The notes: generated by a model from the letters alone, not told the origin. 64,000 bases of DNA from Vulcanimicrobiota bacterium (GCA_963820825.1 CAWGBN010000008.1:352001-416000); one strand, 5' to 3'. Numbered from the stretch's first letter, positions 52,492-62,512 are shown. Numbers and translations are program-made.

Positions 52492-53172
52492 GTGATGCAT
52501 CTTATCGATCTGAGGTCCACGAAGTCCGAACTTGAAACGCTATGGGGGTTGCACGTTGCGAGAGTCGCAACTGGTGACGCTGCTTACTTCGAAAAGGCTA
52601 TTCACGTCAACGAGCCCATTGACCATCCCCTAAATAAACACATTCGAACCTTAATCTTGGACGCGGCTCGCCTCGTTAAGAGAATGCAAGAACTAACGCG
52701 AGTTCTTGGAATAGACATTGGCTTTCTGTTCCAAGACTCACGCGCTTTTGAGCGAGGCTTGAAACAGCTTAACGAAAGCGACTCGGCCCTTGCGATTTAT
52801 TTACGAGACAGTCGCCCATGGCTAGAGGCCTTACAACGTGCGCGCGTCGCTCGCGAGCGTGAGACGTTTGTTATGCCGCGACTCCGTTACGAAGTCACAG
52901 CTGGTAGAAGTGTTAGAGTCGTCGAGCCCATGTTCCAGCATCTACCTCTTATCGAGTTTTTCACCAAACTACTCAGCGACGTAACTAAGTTTGTCGAGGA
53001 TATAACCATCTGGTGCATGGCGCAAAGTCTTCCGGGCAGCGTGATGGTCGCTGAAATCCGAAGAGCAGACCGAGACCCCAGTAAGCCAGAACGGTTCAAA
53101 ATGTCCGTCGGAGGCTTCGGCGATGAGCGCTGGATAATTCGCTACTCGGAAAGAGCCTTCGAGGATGTATAG
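52492..53172 (+). CDS. Hypothetical protein, AT-rich, probably 5'-truncated
   Basis: 226-aa ORF in a low-GC patch. Confidence 0.5.
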   Translation: MMHLIDLRSTKSELETLWGLHVARVATGDAAYFEKAIHVNEPIDHPLNKHIRTLILDAARLVKRMQELTRVLGIDIGFLFQDSRAFERGLKQLNESDSALAIYLRDSRPWLEALQRARVARERETFVMPRLRYEVTAGRSVRVVEPMFQHLPLIEFFTKLLSDVTKFVEDITIWCMAQSLPGSVMVAEIRRADRDPSKPERFKMSVGGFGDERWIIRYSERAFEDV

Positions 53173-53237
53173 TGGTTCGTTCTAAGCCGCGGGGCGCTTG
53201 GAGGCGCGTTACCTAACTTGGTACCCTGCAACGTCGG

Positions 53238-53471
53238 GATGTAGCAGAACGCAATCGCAGTTGGGCGCGCGAGCACCCGGGCCCGCGCGACGAGGCGTGG
53301 TTCAAGCGCGAGATCGCGCAGAAACTCGACGCGTTCTCGCTCAAGGAGATCGCGGGAGCGACGGGGTTATCGCTCGCGGCCTGCTCGCGCATTCGGGCCG
53401 GAACGCGCGTCCCGCATCCCAGGCATTGGGAGAGCTTGCTCGCACTGGTCGAGGCTGGAAATGAGGCGTAG
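53238..53471 (+). pseudogene. Orphan HTH fragment resembling the C-terminal tail of casposon-type Cas1
   Basis: Start-less frame VAERNRSWAREH...WFKREI...SLKEIAGATGLSLAACSRIRAGTRVPHPRHW. Confidence 0.55.
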
Positions 53472-53562
53472 CGCCGGGGCAACCCTTAGCACGACGAGGT
53501 TTTCGTAAGCGTTCATCGCGTATATTCGTGGTCAAGAGCCATTCGATCTGAGAAAAGAGACC

Positions 53563-55929
53563 ATGACAAACAAGTCAGAGGCGCAAAACGGCGGAACGAC
53601 CTCCGTGGATCGCACCGTGCTGCCGATCCCACCACCTCAGTATCCGCCGATCACCGAGCTTGATGCGCACAACGCAAAAGCCCCACCGCGGTTCGAGGTG
53701 AAAGCGCCGAAAGGTGCGCCCAACGTGGTCGTCATCCTTCTCGACAACATGGGCTTCGGCGACATATCGACCTTCGGAGGACCGATCCAGATGCCGACGC
53801 TGGACCGTCTGGCCAAGACCGGGTTGCGCTACAACAATCTCAAAGTTCCCCCGTTATGTTCGCCCGCCCGCGTGGCGCTGCTTACTGGCCGCAATAGTCA
53901 TAGCGCAAACTTCGGCGTGATCTCGGAGATTGCCACCGGTTTCCCGGGGTACACCGCAGTGCGCCCCAGCAGCGTCACGAATCTGCCAGAGATCTTGCGG
54001 CTCAACGGCTATAGCACCGGTATGTTCGGCAAGTGTCACGAGCTGCCACCGTGGGAAGGCAGCGATGTGGGACCATTCGACCGCTGGCCGGTGCATAGCG
54101 GCTTTGAGCGGTTCTACGGCTTCATGTCCGGCGAAGCCGACCTCTTCCATCCGGTCATGTACGACAACATGACCAGGGTGGATATGCACCCCGATGCCGA
54201 TTATTACGCGAGTACCGACATCACCGACAAGGCCATCCTCTGGTTGCGTTCGCAGCGTTCACTGGCCCCCGACAAGCCATTTTTCGTGTACTATGCGGCG
54301 ATTGGTACTCACGGCCCATTCCACGTGCCAGAGACGTGGCGCGACCGCTACAAGGGTAAGTTCGATCAGGGCTGGGACCAGGTCCGCAAAGAAACGTTGG
54401 TTAGGCAGATCGAGCTGGGCGTCGTGCCGCCGGGGACCGATGCAGCGCCCAAGCCGCCAGGAATCCAGGAATGGGACGACTTGACGGCCGACGAGAAAAA
54501 AGTCTTTGCGCGGTATATGGAGATCTACGCGGCTTTTGCCGAGGTGACCGATTACGAAATCGGGCGATTCCTGGACGAGATCGAGGCCCTCGGCGAATTG
54601 GACAACACGCTGATCTTCTACATCACCGGCGACAACGGTTCGGTTTTCCAAGGCGGCCTCAACGGCGCTTTCAATGAGTTGTCCGTGTTTAACGGGCTGC
54701 CAGAGCCGCTCGACGTTGCGCTGCAGAATTTCGACGAGATCGGCGGCCCCAAATCTCACCCTTTGTATAACAATGGCTGGGCGTTCGCCGGCGCGACGCC
54801 CTTTGGGTGGGGCCACCAGGTGGCGTCGTACGGCGGCGTCTGCCAATCCATGGTGGTCCACTGGCCGAAGGGCATCGAAGAGAAGGGCGGCCTGCGTACG
54901 CAGTGGATGCACATGATCGACATTGCCCCGACGGTTTTGGAGGCAGTTGGTGTGCCCGAGCCCGCGGTCGTTTCTGGCGTCCAGCAGAAACCGCTCGAAG
55001 GCGTGAGCGTACTAGACACCTTGAACAACGCCGAGGCGAAGTCACGCCACACCTTGCAATACTTCGAGATGGCAGGTAACCGCGGCATCTACCAGGATGG
55101 CTGGTTCGCCACCACCGTGCACCGCCCGCCGTGGGAGCCCAAGCCGCGGGCTACGTTTGAAAACGACAAGTGGGAACTTTACAACGTCGAGGAAGATTTC
55201 AGTTGCGCGCACGACCTTGCCGCGAAGTATCCCGACAAACTTGAGAAGCTAAAGGGAGTCTTCCTGGAAGAGGCCGCCAAGTACCACGTGCTTCCGCTTG
55301 ATGACCGCGCGTGGGAACGCTTCAACGCCGCGCTGGCGGGCCGTCCGGATCTGATGGAAGGTCGCACCGAGATCACGGTCTATGAGGGAATGAAGGGCAT
55401 TCCCGAAAATGCCTTCATCAACATCAAGAACCGCTCTTTCGTAGTTACGGCCGATATCGACGTCCCGCAGTTCGGGGCAGAAGGGGTGGTCATCGCCCAA
55501 GGTGGAGAGATGGGCGGCTGGGCGCTCTACGTCACAGACGGCGCACCCCGGTTTGCCTGGAACTATCTCGGCCGCGAGATTTACAAGATCGCCGGTCCCG
55601 ATCGTTTGCCGGCGGGGCGAGTTTCACTGCGCTTCGAGTTCGCTTTCGACGGCGGTTTGGGCGCGGGTGGTAACGGTATGATCTTCGTCAACGATGAAGA
55701 AGTCGCCGCAGGGCGCGTCGAGCACACGCAGCCGTTCGCATTTGGTGCCGAAACAACGGACGTAGGTGAGAACCTCTATACGTGTGTCAGCGACGACTAC
55801 AAAGCGGACGATAACAAGTTCACCGGCAAGATTCACAAGGTGACGGTCGCGGTCGGAAAGTCCAACCTCAGCGAGGAGGCCCAGAAGGCTCTCGCAGAGT
55901 TGCGTATGCAGAAAGCGCTGTTCGTCTAA
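53563..55929 (+). CDS. Arylsulfatase (Cys-type)
   Basis: PNVVVILLD, CSPAR (CxPxR), LLTGR, GKCH, GDNG; C-terminal LamG-like domain. Confidence 0.92.
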   Translation: MTNKSEAQNGGTTSVDRTVLPIPPPQYPPITELDAHNAKAPPRFEVKAPKGAPNVVVILLDNMGFGDISTFGGPIQMPTLDRLAKTGLRYNNLKVPPLCSPARVALLTGRNSHSANFGVISEIATGFPGYTAVRPSSVTNLPEILRLNGYSTGMFGKCHELPPWEGSDVGPFDRWPVHSGFERFYGFMSGEADLFHPVMYDNMTRVDMHPDADYYASTDITDKAILWLRSQRSLAPDKPFFVYYAAIGTHGPFHVPETWRDRYKGKFDQGWDQVRKETLVRQIELGVVPPGTDAAPKPPGIQEWDDLTADEKKVFARYMEIYAAFAEVTDYEIGRFLDEIEALGELDNTLIFYITGDNGSVFQGGLNGAFNELSVFNGLPEPLDVALQNFDEIGGPKSHPLYNNGWAFAGATPFGWGHQVASYGGVCQSMVVHWPKGIEEKGGLRTQWMHMIDIAPTVLEAVGVPEPAVVSGVQQKPLEGVSVLDTLNNAEAKSRHTLQYFEMAGNRGIYQDGWFATTVHRPPWEPKPRATFENDKWELYNVEEDFSCAHDLAAKYPDKLEKLKGVFLEEAAKYHVLPLDDRAWERFNAALAGRPDLMEGRTEITVYEGMKGIPENAFINIKNRSFVVTADIDVPQFGAEGVVIAQGGEMGGWALYVTDGAPRFAWNYLGREIYKIAGPDRLPAGRVSLRFEFAFDGGLGAGGNGMIFVNDEEVAAGRVEHTQPFAFGAETTDVGENLYTCVSDDYKADDNKFTGKIHKVTVAVGKSNLSEEAQKALAELRMQKALFV

Positions 55930-56279
55930 TCGCGCAGTCGAGGAATAATTCAATGGTGAGCGTTGGATCGATGCAGCCAGTTAAGCTATCCCCTGCGCCC
56001 GCGAGGCCGCATCGCGCTAGGCGCTTAGCGTAGCCTCGCAGCTACGCAGCCCGGCGCGGATCGCGTAGCGCTTAAACGCCTCGCATCACAGATGCTTAGC
56101 CTCGCAGCTACCTCGCAGTCTCGCAGCGTAGATATCAGCAGCGATGTGGCTCAGCGCCGGGGGAGGGGCGCACAATTTTGAGGCCCTGACTCTTATCCCG
56201 TGCCGCAGCTTTGTGGGCATAGGGGAACGACCCAAAAACCAGGCCCCCTCTCCACGATCGCTTGGACCCTGGCTCGCAT

Positions 56280-57134
56280 CTAACAACGCAGTCGATCGGC
56301 AAAGCGGCGAAGCAGTGGATTGTACCGCATCGCTGAGATCGCTGGAAAATAGAGCGCGGTCCGTAGGCTGGCATTGCCGGTCTTGGCGATGCGGCTCGGC
56401 CAGCGAATCGACCAGGACTCGTGATGGCGGGGAGAAAGACCGGCATACGCGGCGACGGCCTTGACGTTGCGAAACTCTGCAATGTTGGGCATCTCACCCA
56501 AGATACGAGCTGCGGTCGTCTCGCCGATTCCCGGAATCGACGTCAGCAGCTCGCGCTGTCGGCGCAGTGGCGGATAGCGGTCGAAGAGTTGTTGGATTTC
56601 ATGCTCAACCCGGTCGATTTCACGATCCAGATGAGCTAGCGTCGCTTCAATCGACGCCTGAACGACCGAGGCGATCATGGGCGCTTGGAGCCGATTCTGC
56701 TCCTCCGTCCGCATCTGGACCAGGCTCTGATACCGACGAACTAAGCCTTGTAGGGCACGGATTTCCGGCGCGGGCGGCGTCCACGGGTCTGGCGCGTGCG
56801 TGCGACAAAACCGCGCAATGAGTGCTGCGTCGATGCGGTCAGTTTTTGTCCGCAGCATCTCGCTCTTAGCAAATGCTTTGATGCGCATAGGATTAACCAG
56901 GCTGACGACATGGCCAATCTCGTGTAGTGCGAGCGCCAGATCCTCGCTCCACCCGCCAGTGGCCTCAAGACACGCGTGCACCCTGTCAACTTTGCGATTG
57001 CACAACCAGGTCTGCAACTGCTTGAAACCGACTGCCGAATTGGCGACGCTCTTGGATGTTGAGCGATCATCCTGCAGCAAAACCGCGTGCATCTCGTGCT
57101 TTCCGACGTCGATGCCTAAGATCTCCACGCTCAC
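56280..57134 (-). CDS. IS110-family recombinase, C-terminally truncated
   Basis: GIDVGK, LEATG, VNP, KTDRIDA (DEDD), SIPGIG, AYAGL.P..ESWS, KTGN..LR..LY. Confidence 0.9.
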   Translation of the reverse strand: MSVEILGIDVGKHEMHAVLLQDDRSTSKSVANSAVGFKQLQTWLCNRKVDRVHACLEATGGWSEDLALALHEIGHVVSLVNPMRIKAFAKSEMLRTKTDRIDAALIARFCRTHAPDPWTPPAPEIRALQGLVRRYQSLVQMRTEEQNRLQAPMIASVVQASIEATLAHLDREIDRVEHEIQQLFDRYPPLRRQRELLTSIPGIGETTAARILGEMPNIAEFRNVKAVAAYAGLSPRHHESWSIRWPSRIAKTGNASLRTALYFPAISAMRYNPLLRRFADRLRC

Positions 57135-57352
57135 CTCACTCGCCGGCAGGCTACCCTACGCGATCACCCTGATGCATAAAGGCTTCGCGACGTACGCGGC
57201 CTAAGATACGCTCCGATCTCTTAGGATAGCAGTCATCGGGTCGGCCATCGATCTTATTTCCGGGCTCGAAGCCCAAGGCATTTCAGGATGTGCCGACCCG
57301 CCCTTTCGGGTTTAAGGGACCGTTCAACGTGGCCCGCTAAAGAACATATCAG
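56283..57352 (-). mobile_element. IS110 element (right end missing)
   Basis: Recombinase plus about 220 nt structured upstream non-coding end; left junction inferred at a CT core (57351-57352). Confidence 0.75.
57145..57325 (-). ncRNA. IS110 bridge RNA (predicted)
   Basis: 5' hairpin, then two stem/internal-loop/hairpin units: CGGGTCGGC..GGGCTTCGAGCCC..GCCGACCCG and GCTATCCTA..TAGGGTAGC. A G-U pair forms only on the minus strand. Confidence 0.7.
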
Positions 57353-57656
57353 GCTTTTTCTCGAATCCGCCGATCGCCGGTCCTAACGCGGCGCCTCGTG
57401 CAAACTTTGCACCACCGTTTGCAAATCGCGCGGCCGTCGAAAACGCCTTATGGGATAAGGTTTTTTAGCCTATGCTGCGACTGCGAGGCTCATCATGATT
57501 CATCTGATCATAAACCCTAGGGAATATGATGCGCACTAGGCTGCCAGTTTCACGGTACGTAAATTTCATAGTAGCTAAAATCTGGACGTATTCGGTAGCG
57601 CCCCTTGGCAAGAATGACAGGGTAATCGGTGTCGTCGATATCTAGAGAGAGGCTAT

Positions 57657-57935
57657 TTAACTTCGACTTGCGCAAAAAGGTGGTGTCGCGATATCGATAA
57701 AGGGATAGTCCGGCGCTACATGTATCAAAGTAAACTGCCGGCGAGGTCCGCTAACGAATCTAAACGGCCGCTTCGTCCGCTGCGCGCCAATGGAATCAAG
57801 AACGCCGCCGTAGCCCGCAAGCATCGCAGCGGCAGCGGGGTTGAGCACATCGTCACCACCAACGACTGTGGCAGCAATGCCGCTTATAGCCGCGGCGACA
57901 GCCGCAAGCGTTTTCAGTAGCGTTGAATTATCCAA
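57657..57935 (-). CDS. Small hypothetical protein
   Basis: 92-aa ORF with hydrophobic N-terminus. Confidence 0.3.
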   Translation of the reverse strand: MDNSTLLKTLAAVAAAISGIAATVVGGDDVLNPAAAAMLAGYGGVLDSIGAQRTKRPFRFVSGPRRQFTLIHVAPDYPFIDIATPPFCASRS

Positions 57936-57993
57936 CGGCCACTATTTCGAAGTGACCTCCACTAAAGCCCGCACAGACTGCGGTTTCGGGGCC

Positions 57994-59028
57994 TTACTCG
58001 ACGGCGACCGCGTTGGCCCACCCCTTCAATGTAGTCGCCGAACCTTTGATACGCTGTGAGGGCCGCACGTTTCCGTTGGAGCCCGCCGCATAGACCGTGA
58101 TCGAGGCCGCAGCCCTGTTGGCGACGTAGATTTTGCCGGCGGCATCGACGGCGATTCCTGTCGCATCGTCGAGCTTCGTCCTCGCTCCCTGGATGGTACG
58201 AATCGGCGCAACGTTGCCGCTCGCGCCGGCGGTGTAAACGGTTACGCTGCCGGAATTGGCGACGTAGATATTGCCGGCGCTGTCGAGCGCGACGTCCTGC
58301 GGGCAGGCCAGGAACGTCTGCGAGCCTGAAATGCTTGCGATCGGAGCGACGTTGCCGTTTGCGCCCGCTGCATAGACCGTAATGCTGCCTTCGTCCTCGT
58401 ACGGGCTGCTGCCGCAGTTCGCGACGTACACGTTTTCTGACGAGTCGAGCGCGACGCCGTAGGGTGAGGACAGTCCGGTATTCGAGCCGCCAATCGTTTG
58501 CATCGGCGTCGCGTTGCCGCTGGCTCCTGCAGCATAGACCGTAATGCTGGGCGAAGAGCCGCCGTTGTCGGAGTTTGCGACGAAGACCTTTCCACTCTGG
58601 TCGACCGTCAAGTTCGCTGGCCAATCCAATCCGGTCGATGATCCGCTGATCGTCCTCGCCGGTTTTACCTTGCCGTAGGTGCCGGCGGCCCAGACCAGAA
58701 CCATGCCCGGACTGGAGGCATTGTTTTGGCCGTCGTCGCCATAGACTTCGTGATCGCTGCCGACGGCGATGCCCCCAGCGGCCGGAATCTTGTGGCCGCC
58801 GATGTTTTCAAGGGGCGCCACGTTCCCCGTAGCGTCTTGCGCAAAAATGGCGATCGTGCCCTTGCCATAATTAAGGTCGGTCGCGTAGATGCACGTCGCC
58901 GTCAGGCACGACGACGTAAGATGCGTGACCGCATTATGCGATGCTGCGGCGTTCATTCCAATTCCTGAAGCGCTTCCGCCGCAAGCGGACAGGAGAAACG
59001 CTCCGACGATGTAGCCCAACGGTTTCAT
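57994..59028 (-). CDS. NHL-repeat lipoprotein
   Basis: MKPLGY..LSAC; repeated VALDS.GNIYVAN..ITVYAAGA.GNVAP. Confidence 0.85.
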   Translation of the reverse strand: MKPLGYIVGAFLLSACGGSASGIGMNAAASHNAVTHLTSSCLTATCIYATDLNYGKGTIAIFAQDATGNVAPLENIGGHKIPAAGGIAVGSDHEVYGDDGQNNASSPGMVLVWAAGTYGKVKPARTISGSSTGLDWPANLTVDQSGKVFVANSDNGGSSPSITVYAAGASGNATPMQTIGGSNTGLSSPYGVALDSSENVYVANCGSSPYEDEGSITVYAAGANGNVAPIASISGSQTFLACPQDVALDSAGNIYVANSGSVTVYTAGASGNVAPIRTIQGARTKLDDATGIAVDAAGKIYVANRAAASITVYAAGSNGNVRPSQRIKGSATTLKGWANAVAVE

Positions 59029-59102
59029 GAAGCTTCCTTCCGAGCGAGGTGCCGAGCTTTGGAGTGAACTCCGACTTCTCTCAATGCGCAAGTTCTTGAC
59101 TC

Positions 59103-59378
59103 TATGATGGCGCCGCGGCGCGATCAACGGAACGGACAACTGGACAACCGACTTGGACAAGTGGAAGCCGTGCCGACAAGGAAAGCGCCGAGACGCGGAG
59201 TCTCGGACTTAGGCTTAGAGCGGTCGGATCCCGGCAAGCCTTTCAGACCAGCATCGCCTGAAAGGAAGCCCGAGCCTCGGCCCACGGCTCCGCGACTCAC
59301 CGCGCCGCTCGGCGGACCCCGTGCCCCTTGCCGCAACCGCTATGAATCCATGCTACTAAAAACTACTTCTACCCGTGA
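59103..59378 (-). promoter_or_regulatory. Conserved upstream element, copy B
   Basis: Core 59129-59163; colinear with 22520-22760. Confidence 0.7.
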
Positions 59379-59540
59379 TCGCGAAGCTGTGGGCGTCGCG
59401 GCGGGAGCGGAAGGATGCGGAACTCACGCAAAAAAGAGCCGCCCGAGATTCGCGAGCGGCTCGACGCTCTGCAAAGTGTAAAAGAAGAGACTTTTCGCCT
59501 GCCCGTGCGATGCGTTAGCGAGGCGCGAAGTTTAACTAGA

Positions 59541-60815
59541 TCACGGCGTTAACGAGAAGACGGTCCCGCCATTGTAGGCGCCGCCGTATCGCGTCGTGCC
59601 GTACAGGGTGCCATTGCGGTTGAGGAGGACTGCATCGGGCTGAGCGCCGTCCCCCGGTGCCCCGCCGAAGCTACGGAGCACGGTTTCAGCGCCGGATGTC
59701 GAGATCGAGAAGATTGTTCCGTCATTGTTCGCGCCACCATTGTAGGTCGTACCGTAGAGCGTGCCGTTTACGTTGATAAGGCTCGCCCGTGGTGTAGCAC
59801 CGTCCCCCGAGCCGCCGAAGCTGTGGAGCACGCTTTCTGTCCCAGACGGCGAGACCACGAAGACTGTTCCGCCGCCGTATGCGCCTGCGCCAGTGGTCGT
59901 GCCGTAGAGCGCGCCGTTGACGTTCACGAGGCCGGCCCATGGGTTTTTACCGTCATAGCCGCCGGCGAAGCTGTAGAGCACGGTTTCTGCGCCGGACGGC
60001 GAGATCACGAATACCGTTCCCCTCTGGTTCGCACCACCCAGCTCGGTCGTGCCGTACAGCTTCTCCATAGGGTGTCCTTGCAGTCGGACTTTGATCAGGC
60101 CGTCATTCGGCGTTGCGCCGTCCCCCGCGCCGCCGAAGCTGTGGAGCACGGTTTCCGCACCGGCCGCCGAAATCGAGAAGACCGTACCGCCGCCGCCCTG
60201 ACTACCATAACTGTAGCCGCCTCCCCCATCAGTGGTGCCGTAGAACGTTCCCTTGAGGCGTGCCAGGTGCCCCTCAGGCGCTGCGCCGTCTCCCGCGCCG
60301 CCGAAGGCGTGGAGCACTGTCTCTGCGCCGGCCGGCGAAATCGAGAAGAACGTGCCGCCCCCGCCGTAGCTCCCATACCCAACGCCGCCGCCTGAAGCAG
60401 TGGTGCCGTAGAGCGTGCCGTTGACGTTGATCAGGTCGCCCGCAGGGTTAATGCCGTCCGCGCCGCCGAAGCTGTGGAGCACGGTCTCTGCGCCGAACCG
60501 CCCGATTGTGAAGACCGTCCCGCAGTTGCACGAGTAATTGGCGCCGCCATATAAAGTCGTGCCGTAGAGTGTGCCGCGTACGTCGATCAGGCCGCTCGCG
60601 AACGGCTCGGAGCCGTCTACCGAGCCGCCGCCGAAGCTGTGGATCACGCTGTATGTGACATTCGGGTGCCTTCGTTCGCCCATCAGCCCGGCAGGTGCGC
60701 GCGAACCGGGTGTTATGCCAGAAGACGAGCCGATTAATGATGATCCGCCACCGCAGGCAGCAAGAAACGCTGAGGCAGCTGTCAATGCGCAGATAGCTAA
60801 AGTTGAAGTTCGCAT
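59541..60815 (-). CDS. GloVer-type tandem-repeat lipoprotein
   Basis: LAAC; about 6 repeats of ETVLHSFGG..DG..P...L..VNGTLYGTT..GG....GTVF. Confidence 0.85.
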   Translation of the reverse strand: MRTSTLAICALTAASAFLAACGGGSSLIGSSSGITPGSRAPAGLMGERRHPNVTYSVIHSFGGGSVDGSEPFASGLIDVRGTLYGTTLYGGANYSCNCGTVFTIGRFGAETVLHSFGGADGINPAGDLINVNGTLYGTTASGGGVGYGSYGGGGTFFSISPAGAETVLHAFGGAGDGAAPEGHLARLKGTFYGTTDGGGGYSYGSQGGGGTVFSISAAGAETVLHSFGGAGDGATPNDGLIKVRLQGHPMEKLYGTTELGGANQRGTVFVISPSGAETVLYSFAGGYDGKNPWAGLVNVNGALYGTTTGAGAYGGGTVFVVSPSGTESVLHSFGGSGDGATPRASLINVNGTLYGTTYNGGANNDGTIFSISTSGAETVLRSFGGAPGDGAQPDAVLLNRNGTLYGTTRYGGAYNGGTVFSLTP

Positions 60816-60977
60816 TGGGTTCAAACTACTTTCTCCGAAGTGGCCCTGCCGCTCAGGGACGGATCTGCGCCTGCGCCGCATAATCCGAAGTAAACAGTCG
60901 CCGCCCGAAGCATAAAGCTTCGCAGGACGGGCGCGAAGGGCTGGGGCTACCCCAACGCAACACCACCCCAAGTGGGA

Positions 60978-61052
60978 ACATGCATCCATGGTGGCGCTCC
61001 GGCGCGGCCAGCGGAACGGACACTTGGACAACCGATTTGGACAAGTGGAAGC
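60978..61052 (-). promoter_or_regulatory. Conserved upstream element, copy C (core only)
   Basis: GGAACGGACACTTGGACAACCGATTTGGACAAGTG at 61013-61047. Confidence 0.7.
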
Positions 61053-61169
61053 AGAGCCATCGTATTCCCGGGACTTTCCCTTGGCGTGCACCCTACCCTC
61101 AACACGCGCGCGGTGCGCGAGCAGTGCGCCACCCCTCACGCCACATCGGTCCCTCGCGCGAGCTCCTTG

Positions 61170-62156
61170 CTATGGCCCCACGGCGAGGCCAAGCGGTTGT
61201 GAGAATCCTCCACCGATCGCTACCATGCACGACGACGACCGACAGCCCTTGGGAATCTCTCTTACCGAGCTATTGCCGCTGTCCGAGACGTAAACGTTAT
61301 CTCGAGCATCTACTTTTGCTGCGAGCGGGTCGGTGAATCCACCCATTATTACGCTTACGCACGACGCCGACTGGCAATTTGGCGGCATTTTCTTGACTTC
61401 CTTAGCTCCGCGATCGTCAACGTAGATGTTACCGTGGCGGTCCAGGGAAACGCTCGATGGAACGCCCCACCCGCCGCCTAGTCGGGCCACACATGACGCC
61501 GACTTGCAATTTCGCGGCATCTCTGAAACGTAATAGTAGGATGCAACGTACACGTTTCCATCCTTGCCAAGCGCAATGTCGCTCGGGCCGTAATCCCACG
61601 GATAGTATCCCGGACCGACGAAAGCGTCACCGCCCAACGTCACGACGCACGAATTGCGTTGACAGCCGGCGGGGACTTCTTTGACGTATCCGTGGCTATA
61701 GTCGGGGACGTAGAGGTCGCCGCGCTTATCGGAGACCGTCTGGAATGGATTGAGGTAATCGCCAGGCACGGTTGAAGCACAGCTTTTGCTGCTACATCCG
61801 GGTGCCATCCTATAGACCGCCGTATGGTAGTCGCAGGTGTTGCTCACATATACGTCGAGTGATGAGTCGGTGCTCACGAATGTCGGGCACGAGAATCCCT
61901 TGCCGACCGTCAGAACGCAACTTGCGTAGCGGCACGCTTTCGGAATTTCCTTTACGACCTTGCTGGTGTAATCAGCAATGTAAATATCGTGCAGCGGAGC
62001 CCACTTCGTGAAAGGCGCCGCGTTGGCCGACGTGATGTCTGATGGAACGGCGACGATCGGGGTAGACACATTCCCCCCGCCGCAGGCCGTCAGGAATACC
62101 GCCGCTGAGCACGCTGCGGCGATACAGCTCAACTGTTTAAAGTGCGAAAGTCGCAT
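61170..62156 (-). CDS. Cys-rich NHL-like repeat lipoprotein
   Basis: LTAC; repeats VYV.D....VKE.P..C.S.SCV..G.GF..P. Confidence 0.8.
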   Translation of the reverse strand: MRLSHFKQLSCIAAACSAAVFLTACGGGNVSTPIVAVPSDITSANAAPFTKWAPLHDIYIADYTSKVVKEIPKACRYASCVLTVGKGFSCPTFVSTDSSLDVYVSNTCDYHTAVYRMAPGCSSKSCASTVPGDYLNPFQTVSDKRGDLYVPDYSHGYVKEVPAGCQRNSCVVTLGGDAFVGPGYYPWDYGPSDIALGKDGNVYVASYYYVSEMPRNCKSASCVARLGGGWGVPSSVSLDRHGNIYVDDRGAKEVKKMPPNCQSASCVSVIMGGFTDPLAAKVDARDNVYVSDSGNSSVREIPKGCRSSSCMVAIGGGFSQPLGLAVGP

Positions 62157-62188
62157 TGGTTCCAACCTACTCTCTTCCGGGGTGCTTT

Positions 62189-62360
62189 CATGTATCCATG
62201 ATGGGGCAGCGGCGTGATCAGCGGAACGGACACTTGGACAACCGACTTGGACAAGTGGAAGCCTAGCGACGAGGAGAGCGCGGAGGCGCGGAGTCTCGGG
62301 CTAGACTTCAGCAGAAGCCTGAGCGTCGGCCCTCGGCTCCGCGGGCACCCCGCCGACGGG
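62189..62360 (-). promoter_or_regulatory. Conserved upstream element, copy D
   Basis: Core 62223-62257 identical to the copy A core. Confidence 0.7.
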
Positions 62361-62512
62361 GAGGCCCCGTCGCTGGTAAAGCTGGCGTGCAGAATCACAC
62401 AGAGAAGAGCCGCCCGCAGTCCGCGGACGGCTCGACGTTCTGTCTATGCTCCGCTCAGATAGGACACTAGCATTCGCTGTGCTCGCGCTCAGGGTGACGA
62501 GGAAGTGATCGA

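Noticed and set aside
56278..56286. attC-like ATCTAAC at the IS110 truncation point
   Set aside because: A single 7-mer with no partner GTTRRRY; adjacent bases are transposase coding sequence.
57490..57530. tRNA or tRNA-derived att site (TCATAAACCC)
   Set aside because: No T-loop or acceptor stem; no tRNA or rRNA gene recognised in the window.
33877..57600. Inverted copy of the 31-bp repeat acting as a casposon TIR
   Set aside because: No GGACGTTTGAAGGCCCTTATGTA found by eye; weak partial matches near 31891, 39398 and 39447 are at chance level.
59104..59481. Small ORFs shared by the upstream-element copies (e.g. MSKSVVQ..., GTDTWTTDLDKW)
   Set aside because: They occur in different frames and strands among copies with no common start or stop; conservation is at the DNA level.
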